64,000 bases of DNA, from the NCBI GenBank assembly GCA_030684355.1, contig JAUXTN010000002.1, positions 28,069 to 92,068 on the forward strand, given 5' to 3'. Both the position numbers and the translations under genes were made by a program. This DNA is from Pseudomonadota bacterium. Lineage in GTDB: Bacteria; Myxococcota_A; UBA796; SXON01. Each line of letters opens with the position of its first letter. Position 1 is the stretch's first letter. Under the pieces are notes generated by a model. It had not been told where the DNA came from, searched no databases, and saw only the letters and a program-made list of their open reading frames with translations. This document shows positions 51,275 to 59,948 of this stretch, one piece after another.

Positions 51275-52903
51275 TCAGCCCTCGAGGTGCCCGTAGGGAT
51301 CGAGTGTCCGCAGCCGGTCGTCGTCGATCGGGCCACCGACGGTGAAGTGGTACATCGTCGTCCAGCCGCTCGCCGCCGCGATCCCGAGCGCCTGCCGGGT
51401 CGCGTCGTCGTAGAAGCAGCCGATGCCGGTGCCGCGCACGCCGTCGCTCTCGGCCTCGAGGTAGAGCGCCTGCCCGATGGCGCCCGCCTCCCAGTGGATA
51501 CGCCGGTAGAACCAGGCCCCGTGCTCGGCCAGCCCGCCGGGCAGGTCGGCGAGCATCGCGACCGCGAACGCGCCGTCCCCCGCGATGGCCTGCCCGCACG
51601 ACACGTGGCTCGCGAGCCCGCGGACATCGGTGGGGTCGAGGAGGTAGAAGGGGAGCCCCTCCGCGGCGGGCTCCCAGCGGAACCGTGGCGCCAGGGCCGC
51701 CTTCAGCGCGGGGAGCACCGTCGGGTCGCGCACGAGGGCGTAGAGCCCCGGCGGCACGCCCTCGACGCGGTGCACGAAGAGCGCGAGGTGCACGGCCGGC
51801 GCCCAGGGGAGGGGATCGAAGGGGGGCGCGCCGGGCAGGAGGCGCGCGAGGGTACGGAGGAAGGCCTCGCGCGGGAGCGTCGAGCGGCCGTCCATCTCCA
51901 CGGCGCTGCGGCGCTGCCGCGTGAGGGAGCGGAGCAACGCGGCGCGATCGGCGAGGCGCTCGCGTCGCGACGGGGGCGGGGCCCAGGTGGAGGGCGCGCC
52001 CGGTGCCGGCGAGACCTTCCGGGTGGCCTCCTCCGCGACGGCGAGGATCGGCCACTCGTGGTGCTCGGGCGAGAGGCGGTTGGGGGTGCCGGCCCAGGCG
52101 AGCGGCGGGAGCGTCGGAACGCGGAAGTGCCGCCACTGGGGGAGGGGAAAGGCCAGGTCGGACGGGTAGATCGCGAGGAGGCACTCGGGGACCTCCGCCT
52201 CGGGGCCCGTCTGGCCGTTGACGCCGAGGAGCTCGCCGATGGCCGCGTCGGGGACGCTCTCCAGGAGCCGCGCGGTAAAGCCGAGGCCGCCGGCGGCGTA
52301 CGCCAGCGCCGCGATCGCGTGCCCCACGTCGTGCTGGCAGTACCGGAACGCCCGCTCGCCGTACTTCCACGCCTCGCGCCACACGATCGAGGTGAGCCCC
52401 ACGATCACGGCGCCCTCGGGGAGATCGGCGGCGAGGCGGCGCCACGTCGCGTCCGGGAGCGTCGCGCGGCGCTCGAGGCCGTGGAGGAAGGCGTTGTAGT
52501 GGTAGACACCGGGGGCGTCGCCCACGCCGGGCACCGGCCCGCACACGACGTAGGCCTCCGTCGGATGCAGGTTCCCGCTGGACGGGTTCACGCGCAGGGA
52601 CCATCGGGCGTCGCCCGCCTCCTTCCACGCGGAGAGCGCGAGGGCGTCGTAGAGGAGGCGGGAGAGCGACTCCCAGTCGAGCGGGGCCGGGGAGGGGAGC
52701 GCACCGTCGCAGACCGCGTCGTAGCGCGGGTCCGGGCCACCGGGGGACCGGTCGAGCAGCACCACGTCCGCGCCCGCGTAGCGACGGAACGGGTCGGGCT
52801 GGCTCTCCCAGTCGAGGTAGGCGAGCGAACGGGCGAACGCATGGGGCGCGTGGCGGGTGCGCTGGTGGTAGCCGAACGCCGTCGCGATGGGGTCGGTGGA
52901 CAT
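51275..52903 (-). CDS. SagB/ThcOx-type tandem nitroreductase-fold oxidoreductase (542 aa)
   Basis: ATG 52903 (MSTDPIATAFGYHQRT). 'RVNPSSGNLHPTE', 'YRYCQHDVGHA', 'RQRRSAVEM', 'YRRIHWEAGAIGQALYLEAE...GTGIGCFYDD' are nitroreductase/SagB-like blocks, occurring twice. Confidence 0.7.
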   Translation of the reverse strand: MSTDPIATAFGYHQRTRHAPHAFARSLAYLDWESQPDPFRRYAGADVVLLDRSPGGPDPRYDAVCDGALPSPAPLDWESLSRLLYDALALSAWKEAGDARWSLRVNPSSGNLHPTEAYVVCGPVPGVGDAPGVYHYNAFLHGLERRATLPDATWRRLAADLPEGAVIVGLTSIVWREAWKYGERAFRYCQHDVGHAIAALAYAAGGLGFTARLLESVPDAAIGELLGVNGQTGPEAEVPECLLAIYPSDLAFPLPQWRHFRVPTLPPLAWAGTPNRLSPEHHEWPILAVAEEATRKVSPAPGAPSTWAPPPSRRERLADRAALLRSLTRQRRSAVEMDGRSTLPREAFLRTLARLLPGAPPFDPLPWAPAVHLALFVHRVEGVPPGLYALVRDPTVLPALKAALAPRFRWEPAAEGLPFYLLDPTDVRGLASHVSCGQAIAGDGAFAVAMLADLPGGLAEHGAWFYRRIHWEAGAIGQALYLEAESDGVRGTGIGCFYDDATRQALGIAAASGWTTMYHFTVGGPIDDDRLRTLDPYGHLEG

Positions 52904-52985
52904 GGGCGACGGTATCCCGGCGCGTCCCCCACCTGGCCCGTGTATCCTTCGTGTGACACCGTCCCCCTCCGAACCGGATCCGCTG

Positions 52986-54917
52986 ATGTTCTCCCTGCTC
53001 GGCCTGCTTGCGTGTACCGGCGTGGCGCCCTCGGACGACGGCGTCCCGTGCCCCGATTGCGACGAGACGGCCGGGGGCGATGCCGACACCGACACGGACG
53101 CCGACACCGACACCGATACGGACACCGATACGGACACCGTCACGGCGGGGCCTCGCCGGGTCATCCTCTTCGTGGGGGACGGCATGGGGTTCCCGCACGT
53201 GCAGGGCGGGGGCCTGTACGCCTACGGCGCCGAGGGGACCCTGGTCATGGAGTCGCTGCCCGCCAGCGGGCGGCTGCTCACCGCGTCGTTGAGCGGCGTG
53301 ACGGACTCGGCCGCCGGCGCCACCGCGCTGTCGTCCGGGGTCAAGACCTGGAACAACGTCGTCGGGATGGACGGCGACTTCGTGCCGACGACCACGGTCC
53401 TCGAGGATGCCCGCGCGCTCGGCCTCGCGGTGGGCGTCGTCACGACGGACACGCTCACCGGCGCGACCCCCTCCTCGTTCTACGCCCACACCGACAGCCG
53501 CGGCAACACCACGGACATCGCGGAGCAGCTCGTCGCCGATCCGCCCGACGTCGTGCTCGGCGGGGGGCAGTCGGTCCTCTTCCCGCTGTTCTCCGCCATC
53601 GACGTCCAGCTCGTCCAGACCCGCACGGAGCTGTACGCCGTCCCTCCGGACGGGCGGCCGTTCGTCGGGCTCTTCGCTTCGAACACGCTGCCGTTCGTGG
53701 CCGACGGCTACGCCGACCAGCCCTCGCTCGCCGAGATGACGGCGTACGCCATCGACCTGCTCGACGACGATCCGGAGGGGTTCTTCCTCATCGTCGAGGG
53801 CGCGCGGATCGACCACGCCTCCCATGCCAACGACGGCGACAGCGTCCACCAGGAGACCGCCGCCTTCGATGACGCCGTGGCCGTCGCCGCCACGTGGGCC
53901 GGGACGCAGGCCGCTGAGCCCACCATCGTGGTCACCGCCGACCACGAATGCGGCGGGCTGCAGGTCTCGGGCGGGGGCACCGCCGGCACCGTGCCCGACA
54001 GCGACTGGCGCTGGGGCCAGCACACCAACGAGGACATCCCCGTGTTCGCCACGGGGCCCCTCGCCGGGACGTTCGACGGCCAGCGCCTCGACAACACCTG
54101 GGTCCACGCGGTGATCTCGGCCTCGGTCCGCGGCGCCTCCTCGGTCACGGCACCGCTGGAGAGCCTGCTGGTGGACGGTCGGACGGCCGACCTCGGCGCG
54201 CCGGTCACCACCCAGGTCTGGGAGACCAGCTTCGGCGTGGGCTTCAACCAGCTCGACGCGATGCACGTGACCGCGGATCCCGACGGCCTCTGGGTCGGGG
54301 TCGACGGCGTGTACGAATACGGCGAGAACGCCGTGCTCCTGCTCATGGACATGGATTACGGCTCGGGGACCGGCTGGGGCGCCGACGAGACGACGCTGGA
54401 GGACGTGGATGGCACGCTCGACACGCTGATCACGAGCATGCCGTACACCTCCGGGATCGACGGCCTCGGGTTCGATCTCGTGTTCGCGGGCATCGGGGCC
54501 GAGGAGATCATCATCGGAGACCTCTCCGAGGTCGCCGGCGTGCGCGGGCTGCACTCGCCTTGGGGGAGCGCCTCCGACTACTGGTGGCTCCTCGGGCAGA
54601 GCAACTACGACTTCGGCAACGTCGCCCGGGAGACCGCCGCGGCCGACGCGGGCGCCACCGGAGCGACCGAGGGCGGCTGGGAGCTGCTCCTCCCCTGGTC
54701 CGCGATCTACCGGGAAGGGATGCCGCCGGAGGGGCTCTCCGTGGCGGTGGTGGCGGTGCTCGTGAACACGGACGGGACCATCGCGAGCAACCAGGCCCTC
54801 CCGCCGCTCTCCACGGGAACCGGCCCCGGAGATGGCCCGGTCCTCCTGGACTCCGTCGTGACCCTGCAGGTCGATGGCGCGGGAGTCCCGCTCGGGCCCG
54901 CAAGCGTCTCTCCGTAG
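52986..54917 (+). CDS. alkaline phosphatase (PhoA family) lipoprotein with DT/DA linker and extra C-terminal domain
   Basis: ATG 52986 gives MFSLLGLLAC (lipobox). 'ILFVGDGMG', catalytic-Ser context 'VTDSAAGATALSSG', 'VEGARIDHASHAND', 'VTADHECGG'. The last ~240 aa are an unassigned beta-rich domain. Confidence 0.85.
   Translation: MFSLLGLLACTGVAPSDDGVPCPDCDETAGGDADTDTDADTDTDTDTDTDTVTAGPRRVILFVGDGMGFPHVQGGGLYAYGAEGTLVMESLPASGRLLTASLSGVTDSAAGATALSSGVKTWNNVVGMDGDFVPTTTVLEDARALGLAVGVVTTDTLTGATPSSFYAHTDSRGNTTDIAEQLVADPPDVVLGGGQSVLFPLFSAIDVQLVQTRTELYAVPPDGRPFVGLFASNTLPFVADGYADQPSLAEMTAYAIDLLDDDPEGFFLIVEGARIDHASHANDGDSVHQETAAFDDAVAVAATWAGTQAAEPTIVVTADHECGGLQVSGGGTAGTVPDSDWRWGQHTNEDIPVFATGPLAGTFDGQRLDNTWVHAVISASVRGASSVTAPLESLLVDGRTADLGAPVTTQVWETSFGVGFNQLDAMHVTADPDGLWVGVDGVYEYGENAVLLLMDMDYGSGTGWGADETTLEDVDGTLDTLITSMPYTSGIDGLGFDLVFAGIGAEEIIIGDLSEVAGVRGLHSPWGSASDYWWLLGQSNYDFGNVARETAAADAGATGATEGGWELLLPWSAIYREGMPPEGLSVAVVAVLVNTDGTIASNQALPPLSTGTGPGDGPVLLDSVVTLQVDGAGVPLGPASVSP
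53079..53138 (+). repeat. in-frame hexanucleotide repeat encoding DADTDTDADTDTDTDTDTDT
   Basis: Direct reading of gaygcc/gacacs/gatacg units. Confidence 0.9.
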
Positions 54918-55019
54918 CGAGGCAGGCGCCGCGCGGAGCCGTGACACCGTCCCCACACGGCGCGCATTGCCGCGCCGCCACGGACGTGTGACGCTCGGCA
55001 CCTCCGAGGAGCGCTCGCC

Positions 55020-55964
55020 ATGTATCTGGAGCTCAGGGTGTTTCACGGGAACGCCCATCCCCTGCTCACACAGTCGATCTGCGAGGCGCTGGGGGAGGTC
55101 CCCGGGAGCGCTCGGGTCGGCCGCTTCTCCGACGGAGAGGTGCAGGTCGAGATCGACGACAACGTGCGTGGCCGCGACGTGTTCATCGTCCAGCCCACGT
55201 CGTCGCCGGCGAACGACCACCTGATGGAGCTCCTCATCATGGCGGACGCGTGCAAGCGCGCCTCCGCGGGCCGGCTCACGGCGGTGATCCCGTACTACGG
55301 GTACTCGCGCCAGGACCGCAAGGCCGCCCCGCGCGCGCCCATCACCGCGAAGCTCGTCGCGGACCTGTTGACCTCCGCCGGCATCGCCCGGGTCCTCACG
55401 ATGGATCTCCACGCCGGGCAGATCCAGGGGTTCTTCGACATCCCGGTCGACAACCTCTACGCGGGCCCGACGCTGCGGGCGTACATCGCCGCGACGCTCC
55501 CCACCGCCAACGCGGTCATCGTCTCTCCGGATGCCGGCGGCGTGGAGCGCGCGCGCTCCTACGCCAAGCCGCTCGGGTGCGGCCTCGCCATCATCGACAA
55601 GCGCCGCAGCGGCCCCAACCAGGCCGAGGCGATGAACCTCATCGGTGACGTCCGTGACAAGGACGCCATCATCATCGACGACATGATCGACACCGCCGGC
55701 ACCCTCGTGAAAGCCGCAGCGGCGCTCCGGGAGAACGGCGCGAACCGCATCTTCGCGGTGGCGACGCACGCCGTGCTCTCGGGTCCGGCGATCGAGCGCA
55801 TCGAGGACAGCGCGATCGAGAAGGTGATCGTGACGGACACCATCCCGCTGCGGCTGGACGCACAGGCGTGCGGCAAGATCAGCGTGGTCTCGGTGGCCCC
55901 CGTGTTCGCCGAGGCGATCAGCTCCATACACTCGCACGACTCGGTCACGCGCCTCTTTCGCTGA
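55020..55964 (+). CDS. prs: ribose-phosphate pyrophosphokinase
   Basis: 'VFIVQPTSSPANDHLMELLIM', 'PYYGYSRQDRK', 'DLHAGQIQGFFDIPVDNL', 'IIIDDMIDTAGT'. Confidence 0.95.
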   Translation: MYLELRVFHGNAHPLLTQSICEALGEVPGSARVGRFSDGEVQVEIDDNVRGRDVFIVQPTSSPANDHLMELLIMADACKRASAGRLTAVIPYYGYSRQDRKAAPRAPITAKLVADLLTSAGIARVLTMDLHAGQIQGFFDIPVDNLYAGPTLRAYIAATLPTANAVIVSPDAGGVERARSYAKPLGCGLAIIDKRRSGPNQAEAMNLIGDVRDKDAIIIDDMIDTAGTLVKAAAALRENGANRIFAVATHAVLSGPAIERIEDSAIEKVIVTDTIPLRLDAQACGKISVVSVAPVFAEAISSIHSHDSVTRLFR

Positions 55965-56197
55965 CGGCGCCTCCTTTGCCGGCCGGATCTCTTGACGGCG
56001 CGGGCCCTCACGGCTACGTGGCGGCCGCTCCGGCTGAGTGTACGCTCCGTCGGTCCGCGCACCGGTCCCCCGCCGCTTTCGAGCCAGGGGGGCCCACGTC
56101 CACGGTGCGAAACATCCCTCGGGGTGTGGTCCGGCTTGCCGGGGCGATGGACGTCCCTGCCCCACCCCCCCCGGACCTCCTCGTCCTGGAGATTTCG

Positions 56198-56833
56198 ATG
56201 GAAAACCTCATCCTCAACGCCACGCCGCGCGGCGACACCGGCAAGGGCGTCGCGCGCAAGGCGCGCACCGCGGGCCGCACCCCCGGCGTGGTCTACCGGG
56301 CCGGTGGCTCCGCCACCCCCGTCAGCTTCGACGTGTCGTCGCTGGCCACCATCTTCCGGAAGACGGCGGACCCCAACACGCTCATCTCCGTGCAGGTCGA
56401 GGGCACGGATGCGCGCCCCTGCCTCGTGCGCGAAGTGCAGCGTGACCCGGTCTCCCGCAACGTCCTTCACGTGGACTTCTACGAGGTCGACGCCGACTAC
56501 GTCGTCACGGTTGAAGTGTCGCTCACGGCCGTCGGCCGTGCGGCCGGCACGCGCGCAGGCGGCACGATGCGCCAGCTCATGCGCTCCGTGACCGTGCAGT
56601 GCGCCGCGGGCGTGATCCCCAAGACCATCGAGATGGACGTGTCCCCCCTCGAAGTGGGCACGTTCATGAAGGTCTCCGAGATCCCGCTTCCCCCGGGCGT
56701 CAAGATCCTCTACACGCGCGACTTCAACGTCGTCGCGGTGGAAGGCAAGCGCGTCTCGAAGGAAGATGCAGCCGCAGCGGCGGCTCCGGCCGCGGCTGGC
56801 AAGGCCCCCGCCAAGCCCGCGGGCAAGAAGTAG
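56198..56833 (+). CDS. rplY: 50S ribosomal protein L25/general stress protein Ctc
   Basis: ATG 56198. 'LNATPRGDTGKGVARKARTAGRTPGVVY...VQRDPVSRNVLHVDF' with an Ala/Lys-rich tail. Conserved prs-ctc-pth context. Confidence 0.9.
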   Translation: MENLILNATPRGDTGKGVARKARTAGRTPGVVYRAGGSATPVSFDVSSLATIFRKTADPNTLISVQVEGTDARPCLVREVQRDPVSRNVLHVDFYEVDADYVVTVEVSLTAVGRAAGTRAGGTMRQLMRSVTVQCAAGVIPKTIEMDVSPLEVGTFMKVSEIPLPPGVKILYTRDFNVVAVEGKRVSKEDAAAAAAPAAAGKAPAKPAGKK

Positions 56834-56836
56834 CAG

Positions 56837-57406
56837 ATGCACCTCGTGGTCGGCCTGGGAAACCCCGGTGCGCGCTACGCCAAGACCCGACACAACGTCG
56901 GGTTCCTGGCGGTCGAGCGTGCCGCGTCCCGCGCCCGCGCTGCCGTAGACAAGAAGCTCTACGGCGCGCTGGTGGGAGACGGGATCCTGGCCGGCACGAA
57001 GGTGATGTTCGCGATGCCGCAACAGTTCATGAACCTCTCCGGACAGCCGGTCGCGTCGATCCTCGGGTTCTACAAGATCCCGGCGTCCGACCTGATCGTC
57101 GTCCATGACGACATGGACCTCCCGTTCGGTCGCCTGCGCGTTCGCGTCGGGGGCGGCCACGGCGGGCACAACGGCATCCGCGACATCCACCGCCTCGTCG
57201 GTACGGAATTCGTTCGCGTGCGGGTCGGCGTAGGCCGGCCGCCCGAGAAGATGGACCCCGCGGACTGGGTGCTCGCACCCTGGTCCGCTGCCGAGAGCGC
57301 GGCGCTCGACCCCCTCCTCGACTCTGCCGTCGACGCCGTCGAGAGCGTCGTCCGCGTCGGCGTCACCCAGACCATGAACACGTTCAACGCGGCTCCCACC
57401 GCGTAG
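56837..57406 (+). CDS. pth: peptidyl-tRNA hydrolase
   Basis: 'MHLVVGLGNPGARYAKTRHNVGF', 'VVHDDMDLPFGRLRVRVGGGHGGHNG'. Confidence 0.95.
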   Translation: MHLVVGLGNPGARYAKTRHNVGFLAVERAASRARAAVDKKLYGALVGDGILAGTKVMFAMPQQFMNLSGQPVASILGFYKIPASDLIVVHDDMDLPFGRLRVRVGGGHGGHNGIRDIHRLVGTEFVRVRVGVGRPPEKMDPADWVLAPWSAAESAALDPLLDSAVDAVESVVRVGVTQTMNTFNAAPTA

Positions 57407-57466
57407 ATCCCTCCGCGGGAGCGGCCCCTGGCTCGCTCTCCCACCCATCGCCCAAGTGGAGGCACC

Positions 57467-57916
57467 TTGATCCTCAACGAATACGAGACCATCTACATCG
57501 CCCGCCCCGACCTCACCGAAGACGTGATGACGAAGATCACGACGCGCTTCGAGGCGGTGATCACCGGCAACGCCGGCACCATCCTCGTCAGCGAGGACTG
57601 GGGCAAGCGGAAGATGGCCTACATCATCAACAAGCACCAGCGCGGCCACTACATCTACCTGAACTACGTGGCCCCGGCGACGCTCGTCGCCGAGGTCGAG
57701 CGTACGCTCGGTCTCGAGGACCAGCTCCTCCGCTTCCTCACCGTGAAGCTGGAAGAGAACGTCGAGATCGAAGCCCGCCGCGCCCTTGCCGAGGAGCGCA
57801 AGCGCCTCCGCATCGAGCGGATGGCCGCCCTCAAGGCCGAAGAAGAAGCCGAAGCGCGTTACCGCGCCGAAGCCGAAGAGGCCGAAGACGAGCTCGCCGT
57901 CGAAGCGGACGACTAA
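57467..57916 (+). CDS. rpsF: 30S ribosomal protein S6 with long acidic/Glu-rich C-terminal extension
   Basis: TTG start preceded by GTGGAGG. 'YETIYIARPDL...EDWGKRKMAYIINKHQRGHYIYLNY'. Confidence 0.9.
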   Translation: MILNEYETIYIARPDLTEDVMTKITTRFEAVITGNAGTILVSEDWGKRKMAYIINKHQRGHYIYLNYVAPATLVAEVERTLGLEDQLLRFLTVKLEENVEIEARRALAEERKRLRIERMAALKAEEEAEARYRAEAEEAEDELAVEADD

Positions 57917-57941
57917 CCCTTACGCCGACATCGGAGATCCC

Positions 57942-58385
57942 ATGAAGGTCATTCTTCAGGAAGAAGTCGCGAATCTCGGCACCACGGGCGAAGTGGTCGA
58001 GGTCGCGGACGGCTACGGCCGCAACTACCTGCTGCCTCGCAGCCTCGCCGTCCTCGCGGACGAGCGCAACACCCGTCGCCTGGACCACCAGCGGCGCCTG
58101 GCTGCCGCGCGGCAGTCGAAGGTCCTCGCCGCGGCCAAGGAGCTCGCAGCGAAGATCTCCGGCACCGCCGTGTCGATCAAGCGCCAGGCGGGCGCCGAAG
58201 ACAAGATCTTCGGCTCGGTCACCAACCAGGACGTGCAGGAGGCCCTCGCGGCCCAGGGCGTCGAGGTCGACCGCCGCAACATCGTTCTGGCCGAGCCGAT
58301 CCGCAACATCGGCGTCTTCCAGGTGCCCGTCAAGGTGCACCGCGACGTCGAAGCCAGCGTAAAGGTGTACGTCATCCGAGGCTAG
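57942..58385 (+). CDS. rplI: 50S ribosomal protein L9
   Basis: ATG 57942. 'MKVILQEEVANLGTTGEVVEVADGYGRNYLLPRSLA...KIFGSVTNQDV'. Confidence 0.95.
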   Translation: MKVILQEEVANLGTTGEVVEVADGYGRNYLLPRSLAVLADERNTRRLDHQRRLAAARQSKVLAAAKELAAKISGTAVSIKRQAGAEDKIFGSVTNQDVQEALAAQGVEVDRRNIVLAEPIRNIGVFQVPVKVHRDVEASVKVYVIRG

Positions 58386-58461
58386 GTTGAAGGGCACCCC
58401 CCGTGATCGCGATTCGTCCTCCTACTCGGAGGACGGAGGGCGGCGTCCGTCGGACGCCGCC

Positions 58462-59814
58462 ATGGCGCGAGGTCTTCCACACAACTGGGAGACCGAGCGT
58501 TCGCTCTTGGGGGGGGTCCTCCTCGACGCAAGCCAATTGTTGGAGGTCCGCGAGGTCCTGAAGGCGGACGACTTCCATCGTCCGGCTCACCAACATTTGT
58601 TTGACTTGATCTGCGCCCTCTCGGATGGGGGCGTGATCCCCGATCCCACCACGGTGCTCGACGATATCGAGCGCCGTGGCGAGGCGGAGCGCGTGGGCGG
58701 CATCGCCTACGTGGTCGCGTTGCCGCAGGCGTGCGCCAGCGTCGACAACCTCACGACGTACGCACGGCGGGTCAAGGAGTATGCGGTTCGCCGCAAGCTT
58801 CTCCTGGCCGCGCGCCAAATCGAAGAGGACATCCAGGAAGGGGTCAAGGACCTCCCCGCGCTGATGGACAGCGCGGAGAAGTCGATCTTCGAGGTGTCCA
58901 ACCTCTCGGGGTCGCGCGATTGGCATGCGCTCTCGCAGGTCATCGACGAGCAGATCCTCGAGATCCAGCGCCGCGCCTCCGAACCGGGCGAGGTCACGGG
59001 CGTGCCCACCGGCTTCATCGACCTGGATCGAAAGCTCGCCGGCCTCCAACGCACCGATCTCATCATCCTGGCCGCGCGCCCGGCGATGGGGAAGACCGCG
59101 TTCGTGCTGAACCTCGCGCTCAACGCGGCGCTGAAGGGCGGCGTGGCCGTCGGGATGTTTTCGCTCGAGATGTCGCGCCACCAGCTCGCGACCCGCATGT
59201 TGTGCTCGCACGCGCGCGTCGACGCAAGCGCGGTGCGCACGGGTGCCCTCGATCCGAACGGGGATTGGCGAAAGCTCATCGAGGCTTCCGAGGAGCTGCA
59301 CCGGCTCCCGATCCTCATCGACGACACGCCCGGCCTGACGATCACGCAGCTCCGGAGCAAGGCGCGGCGGTTGAAGGCCGAGTATCCGAACCTCGGCCTC
59401 CTCATCATCGACTACATCCAGTTGATGCAGGGGACCGGCGGCGCGAAGGAATCGCGCGAGAATGTCATCAGCAACATCTCCCGCGGCCTGAAGATCCTGG
59501 CGAAAGAGCTTGATATTCCGGTGATCGGGCTCTCGCAGTTGAACCGCTCGCTCGAGAGCCGCACCGACAAGCGGCCGATGCCGAGCGACCTCCGCGAGTC
59601 CGGCGCCATCGAGCAGGACGCCGACATCATCCTGTTCATCTACCGGGACGAGGTCTACAACAAGGAGACGAGCGCCAAGAAGGGGATCGCCGAGATCATC
59701 ATCGCGAAACAGCGAAGTGGTCCCATCGGCACCGTGGAGCTCGCCTTCCTGGACAAGTACATCCTGTTCCAGAACCTCGCGGGTCCCGGCGAAGCGCCGA
59801 ACGGTTACTTCTGA
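58462..59814 (+). CDS. dnaB: replicative DNA helicase DnaB (alternative TTG start at 58387)
   Basis: 'ETERSLLGGVLLD', Walker A 'LAARPAMGKTAF', 'LIIDYIQLM', 'SQLNRSLESR...DLRESGAIEQDADIILFIYRDE'. Confidence 0.95.
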   Translation: MARGLPHNWETERSLLGGVLLDASQLLEVREVLKADDFHRPAHQHLFDLICALSDGGVIPDPTTVLDDIERRGEAERVGGIAYVVALPQACASVDNLTTYARRVKEYAVRRKLLLAARQIEEDIQEGVKDLPALMDSAEKSIFEVSNLSGSRDWHALSQVIDEQILEIQRRASEPGEVTGVPTGFIDLDRKLAGLQRTDLIILAARPAMGKTAFVLNLALNAALKGGVAVGMFSLEMSRHQLATRMLCSHARVDASAVRTGALDPNGDWRKLIEASEELHRLPILIDDTPGLTITQLRSKARRLKAEYPNLGLLIIDYIQLMQGTGGAKESRENVISNISRGLKILAKELDIPVIGLSQLNRSLESRTDKRPMPSDLRESGAIEQDADIILFIYRDEVYNKETSAKKGIAEIIIAKQRSGPIGTVELAFLDKYILFQNLAGPGEAPNGYF

Positions 59815-59852
59815 CCGCCAGCATCGGCCCCTGGCCGATTGGCGCGGCGGGG

Positions 59853-59882
59853 TTGACAGCAGGTCCCCACGTCTACTATCAA
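59853..59882 (+). promoter_or_regulatory. sigma-70-like promoter candidate TTGACA-N18-TATCAA
   Basis: Read directly, 67 nt upstream of the FHA-protein ATG. Confidence 0.4.
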
Positions 59883-59948
59883 CGCGGTTTCATCCCCCTG
59901 GCGCATTCGGACGCCTCACGCCGCCTACCCTTCAGGAGCCCGCTGGAC

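Noticed and set aside
47220-51296. 1358-codon plus-strand ORF, and the 1165-codon minus-strand ORF 47488..50985
   Set aside because: Both have Arg/Gly/Glu/Pro-dominated translations with no motifs. The third frame on the minus strand carries clear FAD-oxidoreductase, cyclase and YHS proteins.
50925-56165. 1746-codon minus-strand ORF, the longest in the window
   Set aside because: - Its translation is Arg/Pro/Gly/Ala low-complexity for almost its whole length.
- It runs antisense to well-supported genes (alkaline phosphatase, prs) and out of frame through the SagB-like gene.
- Only the last 101 codons (50925-51230, DUF2007/zinc ribbon) look like a real protein.
55965-56197. 233-bp gap between prs and rplY as a possible RNA gene or leader
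   Set aside because: It is GC-rich, with no recognisable tRNA or riboswitch features and only a weak TTGACG-N17-TACGTG promoter-like match. The evidence is insufficient to call.
57786-57941. N-terminal extension of the L9 ORF as a hidden S18 or fusion
   Set aside because: The translation (MPRSASASASSGWPPSRPKKKPKR...) overlaps the rpsF 3' end out of frame, has no S18 motifs, and L9 has its canonical MKVIL start at 57942.
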